Source: Eledone cirrhosa
Lineage: Eukaryota
DNA: 64,000 nucleotides
NCBI GenBank assembly: GCA_964016885.1
Contig: OZ024743.1
Location: forward strand, 110,484,001 to 110,548,000
Reading direction: 5' to 3'
Shown here: positions 1 through 10,699 of the stretch, one piece after another
Layout of the letters: each line of letters opens with the position of its first letter
How positions within the stretch are numbered: position 1 is the first letter of the stretch
The notes under the pieces: generated by a model
What the model was told of the DNA's origin: nothing
Database searches by the model: none
Seen by the model: only the letters and a program-made list of their open reading frames with translations
Made by a program: the position numbers and the translations under genes

Positions 1-692
1 AATGAGGATGAACTTAACATTTTTGTCGGCGCCTTCTTGACGCTTCATGCTTTCATCACGCGCAAATCCCGGCCCTGTGTACGTTGCCGTGTTATCCACA
101 CCGTAAAACTCACGTCTGTGCTACTTCTAATAAGACCCCTTTTGTTGCACCTACATCGCAGTATGAACGCCCTGCGCAAATACGCCGAACAGGGGTTGTG
201 CTAATTCCGTGGTGACCCCCTTTTGTCGCAACGTTGTTGCTGTGTAAACGCAGTGCAATCAGTGCCGCTCAGCGTTTGTGCTAATTGCACTATGACCCCC
301 TTCTGCTGCAGCTGCGTTACCACGCTGATTTCGTCATCTCAATATCCTTACTTAAACCTACATCACTACTTGAATGTTACACAATTGACTACGTCGCTCA
401 TTCAGACTGACGTGTTTTCCCCATCCGTGACGTAAGTCGTGAACACACTTACGACATACATCGCCCCACAACACTTACTTGCTTCTTCCACATACAGGGT
501 TTCCGCAATCAGCCCACTCACACTGCTACTACAGGATACAGCATGCTGGTGTTCTATGTTTCCAGTAGATGAACAATCATTCCCTCAGAATAAGGGACTT
601 TAAAAATTACATGGCTACGTTCTTCAATCTTTGCATATGCGTGTTGCTATTTCACGATACCTACCGCGTGCAACGCCGAGTCCTGCTGTTAG
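1..692 (+). mobile_element. Decayed Helitron-like 3' portion
   Basis: Ends with ccgcgtgcaacgccgagtcctgctgTTAG|t (664-692), a degenerate match to the clean Helitron terminus at 52903-52932. Short peptides at ~485-590 (FFHIQG, HAGSMFPVDE) weakly recall the Helitron Rep N-terminal region. Confidence 0.45.
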
Positions 693-1061
693 TTAATCTA
701 TAATAATGTTATTCATATTTATATTTTTTCGTAATTTATTTAATGTGACGTTCAATCGTACGTTTTATAACTTTATAAAAAGTTTTATGGTTTCAAGAAT
801 CCTTTATAATTTTATAGCACTTATCTCCTATAAGTTGGTTACGTAGATTTTATGATAAGATCTACAGAGCAAAATTAAAAAATAATAAAATTGTAAAACT
901 ATAAACAATAAATGACACACGATAAAAGAGAACGCCATAATGAAGGCGAATTTAATTATTTACAATGACTAAATAGTAATTGTTTGTTACTCAGGAGTTA
1001 CTCCTGTCCACACGCGTTCGACAGTTAAAATTCCAGCTTAACAAGAGTTTATTTTGCCATG

Positions 1062-1145
<84 letters not shown>

Positions 1146-1328
1146 CATGCAGCGATTCTTTGCTTAAACTTTAATCTGTTATTTTAATAAATATATATAT
1201 ATATATATATATATAAATTTATTAAAATAATATATATATATATATATATATAAATAATGAACCAGACAATAACGAACCAGATTTTGGATCTAGCTGGAGC
1301 TCAGCCGTCGGGGTCCTGACTCCTTACC

Positions 1329-1362
<34 letters not shown>

Positions 1363-1588
1363 AACAATTAAGTTAAAGATGTACATCCATATATGTATAC
1401 TGAAATACTAGTATGTATATGAATACACACACGTATACATATGTAGATGTACCAAGTTTTTTTCACTGGTCACTTTACTGTGAGTGGCCAGCTATTCCGT
1501 ATGTAAACACACAGACAAACCGGTTTTTAGAGTCATACTGGTTTTTGAGGAAACACCTTTCCTCTATTCTCCAGAAAGCCAGACAAGG

Positions 1589-1633
1589 AATATTGAACTA
1601 GTTTCGTTGTTGTTACAACTCATCAGCAATATT
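1589..1633 (-). ncRNA. Minimal type I hammerhead ribozyme, copy 1
   Basis: Minus strand reads aatattg-CTGATGA-gttg taacaa caac-GAAA-ctag-TT-caatatt. It has a 7-bp stem I, an intact core, a 4-bp stem II, a palindromic stem III (CUAG) and a GUU cleavage triplet. Confidence 0.9.
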
Positions 1634-1718
1634 TACCTATCTTCCGGCCTCTCTAGAGAATCGTAAAAGCACATAGCGTTATATGCTTTTTCTATGAAAA
1701 TTAGTAGTGGGCAGACTA

Positions 1719-1726
1719 ATTTGCAT
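1719..1726 (-). promoter_or_regulatory. Octamer motif ATGCAAAT, one per 468-bp unit
   Basis: atttgcat on the plus strand is a perfect octamer on the ribozyme strand, about 86 nt upstream of the hammerhead. Function is not shown. Confidence 0.4.
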
Positions 1727-2056
1727 AGAGTGTGAGTAAGTACCGGTTCAACGGAGACGATAAAAACAAATAACGAAACGAAATTAAATTTCGTTTCGTT
1801 TGTAACTCACTTTTGTATGACTGACGCTTAAACAATTAAGTTAAAGATGTACATCCATATATGTATACTGAAATACTAGTATGTATATGAATACACACAC
1901 GTATACATATGTAGATGTACCAAGTTTTTTTCACTGGTCACTTTACTGTGAGTGGCCAGCTATTCCGTATGTAAACACACAGACAAACCGGTTTTTAGAG
2001 TCATACTGGTTTTTGAGGAAACACCTTTCCTCTATTCTCCAGAAAGCCAGACAAGG

Positions 2057-2101
2057 AATATTGAACTAGTTTCGTTGTTGTTACAACTCATCAGCAATAT
2101 T
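2057..2101 (-). ncRNA. Minimal type I hammerhead ribozyme, copy 2
   Basis: Same sequence as 1589-1633, offset +468. Confidence 0.9.
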
Positions 2102-2524
2102 TACCTATCTTCCGGCCTCTCTAGAGAATCGTAAAAGCACATAGCGTTATATGCTTTTTCTATGAAAATTAGTAGTGGGCAGACTAATTTGCATAGAGTG
2201 TGAGTAAGTACCGGTTCAACGGAGACGATAAAAACAAATAACGAAACGAAATTAAATTTCGTTTCGTTTGTAACTCACTTTTGTATGACTGACGCTTAAA
2301 CAATTAAGTTAAAGATGTACATCCATATATGTATACTGAAATACTAGTATGTATATGAATACACACACGTATACATATGTAGATGTACCAAGTTTTTTTC
2401 ACTGGTCACTTTACTGTGAGTGGCCAGCTATTCCGTATGTAAACACACAGACAAACCGGTTTTTAGAGTCATACTGGTTTTTGAGGAAACACCTTTCCTC
2501 TATTCTCCAGAAAGCCAGACAAGG

Positions 2525-2569
2525 AATATTGAACTAGTTTCGTTGTTGTTACAACTCATCAGCAATATT
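2525..2569 (-). ncRNA. Minimal type I hammerhead ribozyme, copy 3
   Basis: Same sequence as 1589-1633, offset +936. Confidence 0.9.
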
Positions 2570-2992
2570 TACCTATCTTCCGGCCTCTCTAGAGAATCGT
2601 AAAAGCACATAGCGTTATATGCTTTTTCTATGAAAATTAGTAGTGGGCAGACTAATTTGCATAGAGTGTGAGTAAGTACCGGTTCAACGGAGACGATAAA
2701 AACAAATAACGAAACGAAATTAAATTTCGTTTCGTTTGTAACTCACTTTTGTATGACTGACGCTTAAACAATTAAGTTAAAGATGTACATCCATATATGT
2801 ATACTGAAATACTAGTATGTATATGAATACACACACGTATACATATGTAGATGTACCAAGTTTTTTTCACTGGTCACTTTACTGTGAGTGGCCAGCTATT
2901 CCGTATGTAAACACACAGACAAACCGGTTTTTAGAGTCATACTGGTTTTTGAGGAAACACCTTTCCTCTATTCTCCAGAAAGCCAGACAAGG

Positions 2993-3037
2993 AATATTGA
3001 ACTAGTTTCGTTGTTGTTACAACTCATCAGCAATATT
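2993..3037 (-). ncRNA. Minimal type I hammerhead ribozyme, copy 4
   Basis: Same sequence as 1589-1633, offset +1404. Confidence 0.9.
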
Positions 3038-3460
3038 TACCTATCTTCCGGCCTCTCTAGAGAATCGTAAAAGCACATAGCGTTATATGCTTTTTCTATG
3101 AAAATTAGTAGTGGGCAGACTAATTTGCATAGAGTGTGAGTAAGTACCGGTTCAACGGAGACGATAAAAACAAATAACGAAACGAAATTAAATTTCGTTT
3201 CGTTTGTAACTCACTTTTGTATGACTGACGCTTAAACAATTAAGTTAAAGATGTACATCCATATATGTATACTGAAATACTAGTATGTATATGAATACAC
3301 ACACGTATACATATGTAGATGTACCAAGTTTTTTTCACTGGTCACTTTACTGTGAGTGGCCAGCTATTCCGTATGTAAACACACAGACAAACCGGTTTTT
3401 AGAGTCATACTGGTTTTTGAGGAAACACCTTTCCTCTATTCTCCAGAAAGCCAGACAAGG

Positions 3461-3505
3461 AATATTGAACTAGTTTCGTTGTTGTTACAACTCATCAGCA
3501 ATATT
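3461..3505 (-). ncRNA. Minimal type I hammerhead ribozyme, copy 5
   Basis: Same sequence as 1589-1633, offset +1872. Confidence 0.9.
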
Positions 3506-3864
3506 TACCTATCTTCCGGCCTCTCTAGAGAATCGTAAAAGCACATAGCGTTATATGCTTTTTCTATGAAAATTAGTAGTGGGCAGACTAATTTGCATAG
3601 AGTGTGAGTAAGTACCGGTTCAACGGAGACGATAAAAACAAATAACGAAACGAAATTAAATTTCGTTTCGTTTGTAACTCACTTTTGTATGACTGACGCT
3701 TAAACAATTAAGTTAAAGATGTACATCCATATATGTATACTGAAATACTAGTATGTATATGAATACACACACGTATACATATGTAGATGTACCAAGTTTT
3801 TTTCACTGGTCACTTTACTGTGAGTGGCCAGCTATTCCGTATGTAAACACACAGACAAACCGGT

Positions 3865-4790
3865 GGGAACTTCTCTATGGTGAAGAACCATTAGTAGAAA
3901 TAGAAAATAAATTCTGGATATGGAAGCAGCAGTTGGAATCAAGAGGACTGAGAGTGAACCTAGTTAAGACAAAAGTGTCGATAAGTAGAAAAGGGGACAA
4001 CACTCTGATTCCATCAGGGAAATGACCATGTTCAATATGTAGAAAAGGAGCTGGCATAAATTCAACAAAATGTGCACAATGCAGATCTTGGTTACACAAG
4101 AAATGTAGTGCGATAGCAGGCAAACTAACTTGTAGGTGAAACTACATATGCAGTAGTTGTACAGGGAAATTTGACAGTAGAATTCGCAGTGATCGACACA
4201 TCTTTCAAATGCAGGTTGATAGTTTCGGGTACCTATCTGAAAAGATTAGAAAGGGAGCGTGGTGCTCCGATGCCATAGTATCTAGAATAAGGACGGGTTG
4301 GAAAAAGTTTAGGGAGATGCTTCCTTTGTTGACAAAAAAATGTTTGTCCCTGCGAACGAAAGGCCGGTTACATGATGCCTCTGTGAGATGCGCGATGCCG
4401 CATGGTAATGAGGCATGGACAGCAACTGCGGAGGATATGCGACTGCTAGAGAGAAATGAAGCAAGCATCCTCCGTTGGATGTGCAATGTCGATGTGCATA
4501 GATGAGTTGAGAGAGAAACTGTATAAGAGGGATAAGTAGTAGTGTGCGGGAGAGAAGACTGATGTGGTATGCATACGTGATGTTCATGGAAGAGAACGCT
4601 GGGTAAAGAAGTGCTACAAAATACCAGCGGAAGGAATACGCAGTAAAGGAAGACCACGAAAAACATCGGCGGAGTGGTGAGAGCAGACGCGCAGCGCATG
4701 GAGGAGATGACAAAGGACCGTGACAAGTGGATAGATGCTGTGCTGAATAGGGAAAAGCGGACGTAGAATGATGATGATGATGATGATGAT
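3865..4790 (+). mobile_element. 5'-truncated, decayed RTE-clade LINE (RT C-terminus)
   Basis: Peptides WELLY..., LESRGLRVNLVKTKV, a Cys-rich PCSICRKG..C..C..WLHKKC insert, SRIRTGWKKFREMLPLL and LLERNEASILRWMC. It has stops and frameshifts and ends in a (GAT)n tail typical of RTE. Confidence 0.85.
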
Positions 4791-5085
4791 ATATATATAT
4801 ATATATAAATGAAAAGTATAGAAATTGTTGTAACGAGAAGCTAACAGTATTTCATAACATATATGTGACTATAGCGTCAAAATGGGAAAATAGTTGGGAA
4901 TAGATATGGGAAAAATAATTCAGACTCAATTCAAAAGGAATCAGGATATAGATTTATCCAACAGAATGTAGAGAAATCCAGGGAAAAATCAATAGAGCCT
5001 TAACTCATACTAAAACAAGAGGAAGGAGCAAGAGGAAGGAGCAGCCATTGGTGTTAGCATTGCAGGCGACATAGCTAACTTATTC

Positions 5086-6297
5086 ATGGTATGGTGGGAC
5101 AGTAGACTTAAACAAAAACTTAATGAACAATTAGAAGACAGCTTAACCCTGATAATGTACTCCCGCTACGTAGATGATATAAACATCGTAGTTAAGACAC
5201 CCCCACTAAAGAACAGTCAGGAACTAGAGAAAAACACAATGGAAAGCATCCAGCAAATAGCAAACTCCATCCACCAGAGCATTAGAGTTACTATAGACTA
5301 CCCAAGTAGACACCCCAACCATCGATTACCTGTACTAGACACAGAGCTCTGGTTAGATACCATTAACAACCCAAAACAAATCCTCCATTCCCATTATGCC
5401 AAACCCATGACTTCCAAACATCTGATCCACCGAAACTCGGCCATTTCGGACCATACCAAAATCAACATACTGATTGCGGATTTGGTACGAGTGATGAGAA
5501 ATGTGTCCCGCATGTGCAACCCCGAAGAACTAGAGAGACACATACAACACTTCATCCACCGTATGCAGTTCTCTGGCTACAATCAGAGAGATAGAATCAG
5601 AGTGTATAAAGGAGCCAGAACCAAATGGGAAAAAATGGTAAATAATGACATAAATGGGACCTGCCCCTTGTATAGGAGCAAATTTTGGAATAGAATAGAA
5701 AGAACTAGGAACAAGGCCAATAGAATAAACTCATGGTATGATAGCAATAAATACCAGAGTGTAATGTTCATCAATACAACCCCTAGAGGCGAACTAGCCT
5801 ACAAATTTAGAAGGGCCCTAAATAAACATAATCTCAATATTAAGATAGTAGAAAGACCTGGTACCTCCGTAAAAACACTTATTAGCAAGACATACCCGTT
5901 CCAAAGACCCTCATGTATAGATAAGAAATGTATAACCTGTAAAATAAGCCCCCATATTAACTGTAAAACTAGAAATGTAGTGTATAGCATAAGATGTACT
6001 GAAGGACAATGTAGAAACAAAAATATAGTGTACATAGGTGAGACAGCTCGAAGTATAGGGGAACGAATAAATGAACACTGGCGAGACCTCCAAGATAATA
6101 AAGAATCATCTGTGCTCTACCAACATGCTAAGATAGAACACAGGGGTAGATTAGAGAGCATAGAAATAAAAATAGAATCCACGCACAGAAAAGACGCAAT
6201 GTTTAGGCAAATTACAGAGGAAGTAAGCATAAAAGAATTAAAACCAAAATTAAATAGAAAATATGAGTGGAACAGCAACATCACAACTTACAATTAA
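5086..6297 (+). CDS. PLE reverse transcriptase C-terminal half plus GIY-YIG endonuclease (open frame, 5'-truncated)
   Basis: In-frame GAAIGVSIAGDIANLF from 5041, RYVDD, LPVLD, CxxxxCxxC, NVVYSIRC...YIGETARSIGERINEH and E..I...KPKLN. Confidence 0.9.
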   Translation: MVWWDSRLKQKLNEQLEDSLTLIMYSRYVDDINIVVKTPPLKNSQELEKNTMESIQQIANSIHQSIRVTIDYPSRHPNHRLPVLDTELWLDTINNPKQILHSHYAKPMTSKHLIHRNSAISDHTKINILIADLVRVMRNVSRMCNPEELERHIQHFIHRMQFSGYNQRDRIRVYKGARTKWEKMVNNDINGTCPLYRSKFWNRIERTRNKANRINSWYDSNKYQSVMFINTTPRGELAYKFRRALNKHNLNIKIVERPGTSVKTLISKTYPFQRPSCIDKKCITCKISPHINCKTRNVVYSIRCTEGQCRNKNIVYIGETARSIGERINEHWRDLQDNKESSVLYQHAKIEHRGRLESIEIKIESTHRKDAMFRQITEEVSIKELKPKLNRKYEWNSNITTYN

Positions 6298-6552
6298 GGA
6301 CAAAATGAAAACACACACACACATAGAACAAACAACTTACAATTGAAAACACACACAAAATGAAAACACACACACACATAGAACAAACAACCAACCAACA
6401 ATAAATAAATAAACAAATAGAAAAATGGACACAAACACACACAGACACCTGGATGTGGCACATGCGCAAACTGAGCACACAACACACACACAGAAACAAA
6501 ATGGCGTAGGATAGAAGAAAGAAAAGGCACAGAAACGAAGAAAGGAATTCCC

Positions 6553-6597
6553 AGTCACTGAAGAGGTCACAGAGTGTGTGACGAAAGGACTATGACT
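6553..6597 (+). ncRNA. Type I hammerhead in PLE 3' end
   Basis: agtca-CTGAAGA-g gtcac agagtgt gtgac-GAAA-ggac-TA-tgact. Confidence 0.8.
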
Positions 6598-7003
6598 ATA
6601 TATATAAACAACTATCTGGTTGTGGAACCAACGAACCAACCAGAAATTTATAAGTTTGTAGATTTGTAAATTTATAAATTTATAAATATATAATAAATTG
6701 AAGTGAAAGCAACTGGTGCGTGTGTTTCTTATTGGCAACATGACCCTCCCAAAGTATAACAATATCGGTTTCAACACACGATTTCAGATAAAGAATCTTG
6801 CTAAACAAATTCAGAAACGAAATATATATATATATATATATATATAGATATATATATATAATGAGAAAATGCGAAGTAGTTTCAGATGTTAAATCCTTTA
6901 TTGGTAATGCTGTGATACATATTTCAATGACGACAGTGGCCACTTGATTATGTGTACCCAGTGCCGTGACATCATCAGACAGCTTCTTATATAATAAGTT
7001 TAC

Positions 7004-7185
7004 GGTGGATTGGCAGTATTGGTAGAGGGTCGGACGCCATGCTTTGCCGCACAGATACGTCCCTTTATGGTATGAGTTCAAATCCCGCCGAGGTTAACTT
7101 TGCCTTCCATCCTTACGGGGTCGATAAAATAAAGTACCAGTAATACACTCGGATAATTGCTGGTCTTGTGTCAAAAGTAGAAACA
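7004..7185 (+). mobile_element. tRNA-derived SINE (Nin/Deu-like core)
   Basis: A-box-like tggcagtattgg, B-box gagttcaaatcc and core gccttccatccttacggggtcgataaaataaagtacc. Many copies occur in the window. Confidence 0.85.
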
Positions 7186-7751
7186 GTTATGAAAGCAATC
7201 CAAACAGAAACGACGATGGAACGGACAAGGCGTGTGTTCTTGGTTCGCCTGTCCGTCTCCTGTTGTCAACAATTCACTTCAGCAATTCTGCACAGGCGCA
7301 AACGAAAGGTGGTCATCCACCACACCAAATTTATCATAAATTAGTTTAGGTATGCATAACCCCCCCCCCCCCCTCCCCATCCACGACCAACCAAACGACC
7401 ACGCCGTCCAGGTTTGTAATATGAGACTTTTAAATTATGCAGCGAGTGACAGCTAGCCGATGTCAACTGGTGTTGGCATAGTAAGTGTTCTAGTAGGCTC
7501 TAATACTACCCCTAAATATCTGCCCGGACAATGGCTTGGGGAATATAAACTTATCTCTAGATATCGTGGTTTCACAGTGGAAATTAAAAATTAAACGTTA
7601 AAACCTTGATTGAAGTGAATAAAAGAAAAAAAAAAATATTTATAAAGAGTAAATAGGCAGATATCTAAAATAAAGTAAGCCGTTTAGAATAGGGGATATA
7701 TATTGGGTATTTCAGATGCAATATCTTATATGTTATTATTATTATTATCAG

Positions 7752-8645
7752 TTCCATAGAGGTTTAGTGGTGGGCAAGTGGGATGACGCACTCCGAGAAT
7801 CATTGGGCCTCGACGAAGTCGGCCTGACCAGTCTGTAACGGAGGACTTTTGAGCCGGGGACGATGGACAATTTCCAGAAATCCCTCGCTTGGCAGTGCTA
7901 CCATGGAGGGTTTAGCACTGCCAGTTCGGGATAAAATCTACAGCCATGGAAGTGGTATCAGACGGACCTGCCCAAGATGCGCACAGAGCGACGAAACCGT
8001 TCTGGACGCACTTGTCCAATGTCCGTGCATTACTGACTTGTGGAGTTATGTCGAACAGCTACTGTCGCGTGTGGAACGAATCCGGCTATCGGCCGAGTCC
8101 ATAGTGAAGATCGATCCGCCGCCTTCCTTAGATCAGGAAGAGCAGGCAATGTTCCTCTGTTTGGTAGTCTTGCGAAAGAAGTTATATGGTGGACCAGATT
8201 AAAAGGACTCAAGACAGACACTTTTCTCTTCTGCCAATCCCTCATCAACTTCTTCAAGTTTCACCTGGAAAGGAAGGTGAGGGTGGAGATAGAAGTGCTG
8301 CCCCCCCCCCCCGTACATTTGCTAAAAGGTGAATGAATGAGGCGATAATGGCTCGTGTGAATGGGCCTACTCTAACCATGCGCCTATAGGCTAGCAAACT
8401 TGAGGAGAGGGTGGTTCAGGATTTGTAGTGTACCTGTGTCACCCCTGGGTTGTCCACCCTTCTACAGGGGATTTTATTTTGTTATATTTATGCATAGTTT
8501 ATTTTATATTTCTTATATCTTCATTGTTAAATTAGTCTTGCCTTTGTGCACTTTTACCCGACCTTATTGTACCCCCCCCCCCCACACTGTCCCTGTCTTT
8601 GTATTGTCCCCTACATTTTTGCCCTTGTATCTAATAAATGAAATC
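7752..8645 (+). mobile_element. L1/Tx1-like LINE 3' fragment (zinc-binding C-terminus of ORF2 plus 3' UTR)
   Basis: FQKSLAWQCY.. and LPVRDK....TCPRCAQSDETVLDALVQC (zf-RVT-like). AATAAA lies near 8633 and the element is flanked by (ATT)n-type repeats. Confidence 0.8.
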
Positions 8646-8730
8646 ATTATTATCATTATCAGTATATTATTATTATCAGTGTATTATTATTATCAGTATA
8701 TACGGCGGTGGAATGACAGTTTGGGACAGC

Positions 8731-8911
8731 GATGGATTGGTAGTATTGATAGGGGGTCGGGCGCCATGCTGTGCAGCAAAGAGTTACGGCCATTTATGGA
8801 CTGAGTTCATATCCCGCCGAGGTTAACTTCGCCTTTCATTCTTAGGGGTCGATCAAAGAGAGTACCAATAATACACTAAGATAATTGCTGGCCTTGTGCA
8901 ATAAGTAGAAA
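8731..8911 (+). mobile_element. tRNA-derived SINE
   Basis: Same family as 7004-7185. Confidence 0.8.
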
Positions 8912-9696
8912 TAATTATTATCAGTATATTGGACAATAGTACAGAATAGTAGAACAGAAGATAAATTAAGGTATGAAACGTAGTTATTAGGTAAACAATT
9001 AGTTGATATCTTCTTCTAACACATGAATCAAAACCAAACGAAATAAAAGGTACATATATGCAAGATGAGAGATGGAACATGTATGAGAACAAGTATGAGA
9101 ACAAGTATGAGAAAAAATATATATGAGAGAGGCAAACATGTGTATCGGTGTGGAGATGAAACCATAATATCTGGAGATAAGTCTATATTGCCAAGGCCAT
9201 TGTCCAGGTAGGAATTTAGGGGCAGTATTAGGGCCTACAAGAACTCTTACCCTCCCACCACCACCTGATTTCGGTTAACTGTCACTAGCAGTATAATTTA
9301 ACAGTGTCATTTTTTAATTTTCTGAAAATTGCAAACTTGACTGTCACCATTGAATATGAACCTGGAGATTGCGAAAGCATGAACGTACTTGTTCAATTAA
9401 CATTCAACATTTAATATTCTACCATACTCTTTCATTATAATGTCATTATAATTTGAAAGGATTGTAAATAAAACGAGTAAATCAGATAAGGTTGGAATTC
9501 CTTTTATTAATATATATCTACATATCTCTCTCTCTCTATATATATATAAATATAAATATGTATACATACGTATATATATATATATATGTATATATATATT
9601 GAAGTTTCCGTTGAAAATGTAAAAAAGTCATAGGAGTCAAGAGTGCTCTATGTCAGTTACAGAGCTAAATTTAATGTATAATAAACAATACAATAT

Positions 9697-9774
9697 AATT
9701 ACCTCATTACCAGAGGTTTCCCGAATAAGACGAATACAAGAAACGTCCCCATACGTTCGTCAGACAAGGCAATT
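9697..9774 (-). ncRNA. Type I hammerhead with long stem II
   Basis: Minus strand: aattgccttgt-CTGACGA-[~35 nt stem-loop]-GAAA-cc tct gg-TA-atgaggtaatt, with an 11-bp stem I including GU pairs. Confidence 0.75.
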
Positions 9775-9886
9775 TAAAACATAGTGAAATATTTGAAAAA
9801 TTTCCTCAAGAAAGGCAAACGTTTAACGGGCCCAAAAAATATATATAAATAAAAGTAATGCAAGAGATATATAAAAATAAAATAAT

Positions 9887-9982
9887 TGTTTCTACTTTAG
9901 GCACAAGGCCAGCAATTACCCAGTGCATAACTGGTTCTTTGTTTTATCGACCCCGTAAGGATGAAAGGCACAGTCAACCTCG
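9887..9982 (-). mobile_element. 5'-truncated SINE inserted in PLE 3' UTR
   Basis: SINE core on the minus strand flanked by the direct repeat ataaaataat (TSD). It is absent from the inverted partner arm near 13980. Confidence 0.8.
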
Positions 9983-10643
9983 ATAAAATAATGAAATATA
10001 TTAAGGGTGTGTGTATAAATGTGTGTATATGCGCCTACAAATGTACAAATGCGTGATTGTACAAATGCATGTGAATAGTGAAACAATGTGTGCGTAAGTA
10101 CATACATTAGGGCAAGCATATCAGTGTATGTGTGAGCACACAAACGTATATAATATATCTTGAAAAAAGAAATTGTAACATAATAGAGTTAACGTACATA
10201 CAGACTCAGGGACTAAGGATTGAAATATATACACATAGAATTATCAAAGCATGCGTATAAACACACACACACGCGCAACCACATATATGCAAGTGATATA
10301 CACATGGAGGGGAGTGTATCAGTCAAAGCAGTGTCAGGCTGAAAGTAGATACATATATAAAAAATATAAAATATGAAAATGAAAAAATGAAAAAAATATA
10401 TGAGAATAAAAAAATTAAATCAAAGAGAAAGTAAGAGGGAGGGGTTATCAATTATAAAGTAAAACTAGAAAAAATAGAAAAAAAAATAGGTTCGTACACA
10501 CAAATATATATATGAAAATATATATAAATACCTACAGATAGAAAGCACATACATGCGTACATACCTACAAAAGCGCTCATATATACACACGAAGCACATA
10601 TATATACATACATGTACATCTAATCACACGCACGCACGCGACC

Positions 10644-10699
<56 letters not shown>

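Larger units (their letters stand above)
1361..3864 (-). repeat. Tandem array of 468-bp hammerhead-containing units (putative non-LTR retrozyme), 5.35 copies
   Basis: Units start at 1361, 1829, 2297, 2765, 3233 and 3701. Copies look identical by eye and give identical peptides in the ORF track. Each full unit has a minus-strand hammerhead and several hairpins. The left end abuts (TA)n. Confidence 0.9.
5010..6820 (+). mobile_element. 5'-truncated Penelope-like element ('MVWWD' type) with 3' pLTR/UTR
   Basis: RT plus GIY-YIG ORF, a hammerhead at 6553-6597, and the terminus cagaaacga followed by (TA)n. The same 3' end recurs at 47131-47629 and partly at 36085-36535. Confidence 0.9.
7420..9310. 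mobile_element. Old element with ~150-bp diverged terminal inverted repeats (MITE/fold-back) hosting nested LINE and SINE
   Basis: 7420-7575 is a diverged reverse complement of 9157-9310, e.g. ctacccctaaatatctgcccggacaatggcttgg vs ccaaggccattgtccaggtaggaatttaggggcag. Confidence 0.6.

Noticed and set aside
1413-1666. 62-aa and 60-aa ORFs repeated in each 468-bp unit
   Set aside because: Short, with no recognisable motif, and antisense to the ribozyme strand. They repeat only because the unit repeats.
1361-1828. Second ribozyme on the plus strand (ambisense, viroid-like replicon)
   Set aside because: No CUGANGA/GAAA pair, twister or HDV topology was found by eye on the plus strand.
1361-3864. 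Endless ORF on the predicted circle (468 is divisible by 3), a CRISPR array, or a 5S/snRNA gene array
   Set aside because: The ORF track shows no long frame on either strand, there are no unique spacers, and I see no 5S, tRNA or snRNA sequence.
7004-7085. tRNA genes at the A/B-box sequences
   Set aside because: They are SINE heads followed by the SINE core, with no intact cloverleaf.
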